DNA from: the human T2T-CHM13v2.0 reference genome, Homo sapiens
DNA: 64,000 nucleotides
Direction: 5' to 3' (one strand)
Assembly: GCF_009914755.1 (NCBI RefSeq)
Contig: NC_060926.1
Each line of letters begins with the position of its first letter. Positions within the stretch are counted from its first letter, which is position 1. This document shows positions 57,301 through 64,000 of this stretch, one piece after another. The notes beneath the pieces were generated by a model. It searched no databases and had not been told where the DNA came from. It was given only the letters and a program-made list of their open reading frames with translations. Both the position numbers and the translations under genes were made by a program.

Positions 57301-60280
57301 ATGAATCCAGGACCTGGTTTTTTGAAAAGATCAACAAAACTGATAGACCACTAGCAAGACTAATAAAGAAGAAAAGAGAGAAGAATCAAATAGACGCAAT
57401 ACAAAATGAAAAAGGGGATATCACCACTGATCCCATAGAGATAGAAACTACCATCAGAGAATACTATAAACACCTCTACACAAATAAACTTGAAAATCTA
57501 GAAGAAACGGATAAATTCCTGGACACATACACCCTCCCAAGACTAAATCAGGAAGAAGTTGAATCCCTGAATAGACAAATAACAGGCTCTGAAATTGAGG
57601 CAACAATTAATAGCTTACCAATCAAAAAAAGTCCAGGACCAGACGGATTCATAGCTGAATTCTACAAGAGGCACAAGGAGGAGCTGGTACCTTTCCTTCT
57701 GAAAGTATTCCAATCAACAGAAAAAGAGGGAATCCTCCTTAACTCATTTTATGAGGCCAGCATCATCCTGATACCAAAGACTGGCAGAGATACAACAAAA
57801 AAAGGATAATTTTAGACCATTATCCCTGATGAACCTCAATGCAAAAATCCTCAATAAAATACTAGCAAACCGAATCCAGCAGTACGTCAGAAAGCTTATC
57901 CACCATGATCAAGCGGGCTTCATCCCTGGGATGCAAGGCTGGTTCAACATATGCAAATCAATAAATGTAATTCATCACATAAACAGAACCAAAGACAAAA
58001 ACCACATGATTATCTCAATAGATGCAGAAAAGGCCTTTGACAAAATTCAACAGCTCTTCATGCTAAAAACTCTCAATAAACTAGGTATTGATGGGATGTA
58101 TCTCAAAATAATAAGAGCTATTTATGACAAACCCACAGCCAATATCATAATGAATGTGCAAAAACTGGAAGCATTCCCTTTGAAGACTGGCACAAGAGGG
58201 GGATGCCCTCTCTCACCACTCCTATTCAACTGTTGGAAGTTCTGGCCAGGGCAATCAGGCAGGAGAAAGAAATAAAGGGCATTCAATTAGGAAAAGAGGA
58301 AGTCAAATTGTCCCTGTTTGAAGATGGCATGATTGTATATTTAGAAAACCCCATTGTCTCAGCCCAAAATCTCCTTAAGCTGATAAGCAACTTCAGCAAA
58401 GTCTCAGGATACAAAATCAATGTGCAAAAATCACAAGAATTCTTATACACCAATAATAGACAAACTGAGGGCTAAATCATGAGTGAACTCCCATTCACAA
58501 TTGCTTCAAAGAGAATAAAATACCTAGGAATCCAGCTTACAGGGGACATGAAGGACCTCTTCAAGGAGAACTACAAACCACTGCTCAAGACAATAACAGA
58601 GGACACAAACAAATGGAAGAACATTCCATGCTCATGGATAGGAAGAATCAATATCGTGAAAATGGCCATACTGCCCAAAGGGATTTATAGATTCAATGCT
58701 ATCCCCATCAAGCTACCATTGACTTTCTTCACAGAATCAGAAAAAAGCTACTTTAAACTTCATATAGAACCAAAAAAGAGCCCATACAGCCAAGACAATC
58801 CTAAGGAAAAAGAACAAAGCTGGAGGGATCATGCTACTGGACTTCAAACTATACCACAAGGCTACAGTAACCAAAACAGCATGGTACTGGTACCAAAACA
58901 TATATATATACACACACACCAATGGAACAGAACAGAGGCCTCAGAAATAACACCACACATCTACAACTATCTGCTCTTTGACAAACCTGACAAAAACAAG
59001 AAATGGGGAAAGGATTCCCTATTTCATAAATGGTGTTGGAAAAACTGGCTAGCCATATGCAGAAAACTGAAACTGGACCCCTTCCTTACACCTTATACAA
59101 AAATTAACTCAAGATGGATTAAAGACTTAAACGTAAGATCTAAAGCCATAAAAATCCTAGAAGAAAACCTAGGCAATACCATTCAGGACACAGGCATGGG
59201 CAAGGACTTCATGACTAAAACACCAAAAGCAATGGCAACAAAAGCCAAAATTGACAAATGGGATCTAATTAAACTAAAGAGCTCTGCACAGCAAAAGAAA
59301 CTGTCATCAGTATGAACAGGCAACCTAAAGAATGGGGGAAAATTTTTGCAATCTATTCATCTGACAAAGGGCTAATATCCAGAGTCTACAAAGAACTTAA
59401 ACAAATTTAGAAGAAAAAAAACAGACGACCCCACCAAAAAGTGGGCAAAGGATATGAACAGGCACTTCTCAAAAGAAGACACTTATGCAGCCAACAAACA
59501 TGAAAAAAAGCTCATCATCACTGGTCATTAGAGAAATGCAAATCAAATTCACGATGAGATACCCTCTCACACTAGCTAGAATGGTGATCATTAAAATGTC
59601 AGGAAACAACAGATGCTGGAGAGGATGTGGAGAAATAAGAAAGCTTTTACACTGTTGGTGGGAGTGTAAATTAGTTTAACCATTGTGGAAGACAGTGTGG
59701 TGATTCCTCAAGGATTTAGAACTACAAATACCATTTGACCCAGCAATCCCATTAATGGGTATATACCAAAAGGATTACAAATCATGCTACTATAAAGGCA
59801 CATGTGCACGTATGTTTACTGCAGCACTATTCACAATAGCAAAGACTTGGAACCAACTCAAATGTCCATCAATGACAGACCGGATAAAGAAAATGTGGCA
59901 CATATACGCTATGGAATACTATGCAGCCATAAAAAAGGATGAGTTCATGTTCTTTACAGGGACATGGATGAAGCTGAAAACTATCATTCTCAGCAAACTA
60001 ACACAAGAACAGAAAACCAAACACCGCATGTTCTCACTCATAAGTGGGAGTTCAACAATGAGAACACCGGGACACAGGGAGGGGAACATCACACACCGGG
60101 GCCTGTCAGGGGGTGGGAGGCTACGGGAGGGATGGCATTAGGAGAAATACCTAATGTAGGTGACAGGTTGATAAGTGCAGCAAACCACCATGACATGTGT
60201 ACACCTATGTAACAAAGCTGCACATTCTGCACATATACCCCAGAACTTAAAGTATAATTTAAAAAAAAGAAAAAAAAAAG
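54357..60280 (+). mobile_element. Composite L1PA (PA7-like 3' end) with ~1.4 kb internal duplication
   Basis: The ORF1 end and ORF2 start occur twice (atgacaggatc at ~54677 and ~56234); 3'UTR and A tail lie at 60050-60280. Confidence 0.92.
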
Positions 60281-60816
60281 AAAAATACATTCCTAGAGAA
60301 ACAAAAAGTGAGAGCATGCCTTGTTGGCAGATCCACCATATAAGAAACACTAAAGGAAGTTCTTCAAACTGAAAATAACTGATCACAGATGGTAATTCAA
60401 AACCACACACAAAAAGCAAAGAACAACAATAAAAATAATTATGTAATTATAAAAGACAGTATAGCTGCATCTCTTTTCCATCTGAACTGATTTTAAAACC
60501 AATTATATAATATTACATAAGATGATACAAATATAATTGTACTATTGGTCCTATAACAGATAAAATACAATATATTTACCAATAAATGCACAAAGAACGT
60601 GGGTGGGAGCAAAGCTTTATTGGACTAAGGAAATGAAAAGAGACAAACTCAAAGCCAAAGTAACAATGAAGACACCCAGAAATGGGAGGGCGAGGGAAGG
60701 CTAACATAACAAAAATCTATAAATATATAGTTGCCCTCATTTTTCCTCTCAGGTTTTTAAAAAGACACACAATTGTATAAAGTTATAATAGCAACAATGC
60801 ATTGTTTTGTAGTATA

Positions 60817-61032
60817 CAGAAAATCCAAAATACTCCAAAATCCGAAACTTCTTGAGCACTGACATGACATTCAAAGGAAATGCTCGTTAAAACATTTCAG
60901 ATTTCAGATTTTCATATGTATTTTGAAAAGCGCAACTAGTAAGTAAAATTCAAATATTCCATAATCAGAAAAAAATCCAAAATCTGAAATATTTCTGGTC
61001 CCAAGCATTCTGGATAAGGGATTCTCAACCTG
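60817..61032 (+). mobile_element. Tigger4a/MER46A-type MITE
   Basis: ctccaaaatccgaaac...ggtcccaagcattctggataagggattctcaacctg. Confidence 0.8.
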
Positions 61033-61335
61033 CAATATGTATAACAGTAATAGAAAAAAATGGAGGAAAAGGGAATAGAACTATGTAACAGTAACAGTTC
61101 CATATATCATCAGAATTAAGTTAGTATAAACCTGAAGTAGATTCTGGTAAGTTAGATGCATGTAGCAAACACCAATAATTCACAAAATGCAGGGATGAAA
61201 ATCACAAAAAAATTTTTTAATGTTTTATTAGATAATATACACTTAATGCAAAAGGAAACAGTAAAGGAGGAATAGAGGAACAAAAAGGCATAAGTCATAT
61301 AGGAAAAAGTAAAATGGCAGATATAAATCCAACTA

Positions 61336-61675
61336 CAGTCATGTGACACATAATAATGTTTTGGTCAATGATGGACCAGCACACATGATGGTGGGCCCAT
61401 AAGATTATAATATCATATTTTTACTGTGCCTTTTCTATATTTAGATATGTTTATATACACAAATACTATTGTATTACTATTGCCTATGTATTCAGTACAG
61501 TAACATGCTGTACAGGTTTATAGCCTAGGCACAACAGGCTATTCCATATAGCCTAGGTGTTAGGAGATTAAACCATCTAGGTTTCCAGAAGTACACTCTA
61601 TGATGTTCACACAAAGAAACTGCCGAATGGCACATTTCTCAGAATATATTTTCATCATTAAGAGACACATGACTG
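61336..61675 (+). mobile_element. Tigger3a/MER7-type MITE
   Basis: TIR cagtcatgtg...cacatgactg flanked by TA. Confidence 0.85.
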
Positions 61676-63012
61676 TATATCAATAATATTAAATGTAAAC
61701 TGATAAAGCAATTTAATCACAAAAACTGAAAAACTAAGTAAATAAGCAAGGTTCAACTATATGCTGTCTGTAAGGGACACACTTTAGTTTCAAAGTCAAA
61801 TAGAATGAAACTAAAAAGATAAAAAATATATCATGCAAAGAGCAACATAAGAAAGCTGAAGTGGTTATGATAATATCAGAGAAAACAGACTTTTTAAAAA
61901 TGTTACTAGAGATAAAGGAGGACATTTTACAGTGGTAAAGGGTCAAGGCCATCAGAAATGCGTAAGAATATACGTATATATGAACTCAGTAACAAAGCAC
62001 TAAGTAAATGAACCAAAAAGTGACAGAAATGAAGGGAAAATGATAAAATTCAATGCTCATATTCAGACTTCAATACAGCACTTACAATAATGTTACCACA
62101 ATAAGGCAGAAGATAACAGGTAAATAGAAGACTTAAACAACATTATAAACCAATCAGGCCTAGAAGACATCTATAGATCATTTCATCAAACAAAGTAGAA
62201 TACATATTTTTTTCAAGTGCACATGAAACATTCTCTAGAATAGACACTACACTGGGCAATACAACAAAATCAAGAAATTTTTTTAAGCTGTAAAAATATA
62301 AAGTATGTTTTCCAACCATAATAATAAAATTAAATTAGAAATGAATAACAGAAAAAAAGGGGAAACTAACAAATATGTGGAAATAAAAAATATAGTCCAA
62401 AATAACCAATGGGACAAAGAAGAAATCAAAAGGAAAATTGGAAAATACTTTGAGATTACTTAAAATGAACATACAACATACCTGAACTTATGAGCTGCCG
62501 CTAAAGCAGTGCTTAGAAGAAAATTGATGCAGGTAAGTACCTATCTTTAAAAAGAAAAAAAATCTCAAATCAACAACCTAACTTCTTAAGACACTAAAAA
62601 AGAAAGGCAAACAAAATCTAAAGCAAGCAGAAGGAAGAAGAAATAAAAATATAAAGGATTGGAGCAAAAATTATAATAATAAAGACTAGAAAAAATAGTA
62701 GAAAATATCAATGAAACTAAGAGTTGATTTCTGAAAAGATAAACAAAACTGAGAAAACTTTAGCCAAACTAAGAAAAAAAGAAGTCTCAAATATACAATT
62801 ATAAATGAAAGAAGAGACACAACAAGAAATACAAAGAATCATAAGTGACTACTGTGAACAATTATATGCCAACAAATTGGATAACCTAGAGGAAAAGAAC
62901 AATTCCTAGAAATATACAACCTACAAAGATTGAATCATGAAAAAAAATTTTTTTAAAGCCTGAAGAGACCAAAGCAAGTAAGGAGATTAAATCAGCAATA
63001 AAAATAAATCTG

Positions 63013-63610
<598 letters not shown>

Positions 63611-64000
63611 TGTATTCCTGATAGTTAAGATTTAAAAAAAAAATCTTACATCAAAAAAAAGCTCAAGACCAGATGGCTTCATGGGTGAATTCTACTAAGC
63701 ATTTAAAGAACTACCACCAATCCTCAAATTCTTCCAAAAAATTGAAAAGAAGGGAAGACTTCCAAATTCATTTTAGTGGTCAGCATTATCATGATACCAG
63801 AGCAAGACAATGTTTTCTACAAATTTTCTACAAGGAAACTACATGCCAATATTCTTCCTAAATACAAATTCAAAAATTTCCAAAAAAAAAAAAAATACTA
63901 GCAAACAAAATTGGATAACATGTTAAAAGGATCATACACCATAATCAAGTAGCATTTATCCCTGAGATGCAAGGATGGTTCAACATATACAAATCAATCC

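Overview
Human (primate) genomic DNA that is almost entirely transposon-derived. The only real gene is the 3' end of TSGA10 (testis-specific 10, coiled-coil protein) on the minus strand. It has five coding exons (45966-45757, 31011-30809, 29169-29065, 28878-28729, 8751-8727) with canonical GT-AG sites and consistent phases, ending ...RSLEENLCYRDF*, plus a ~0.9 kb 3'UTR. The rest is layered L1 (L1PA, L1PB, L1M), about 25 Alus including an AluYa5, the 5' end of an SVA, a decayed Charlie3-type hAT transposon, MER1B/MER20/MER63/Tigger relics and an LTR10-like solo LTR with a p53-type site. Nearly all ORFs in the supplied track are broken L1/Alu frames. I found no evidence for a new protein-coding system. 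The most unusual signals are rearrangement scars: (1) a TSD-flanked Alu chimera carrying an inverted ~390 bp copy of its neighbourhood; (2) two ~140 bp local templated insertions; (3) two chimeric L1s with diverged internal duplications; (4) a twin-primed L1 that shares rare variants with a neighbouring L1. Repeat subfamily names are recalled from memory of consensus sequences, and boundaries of old repeats are approximate.
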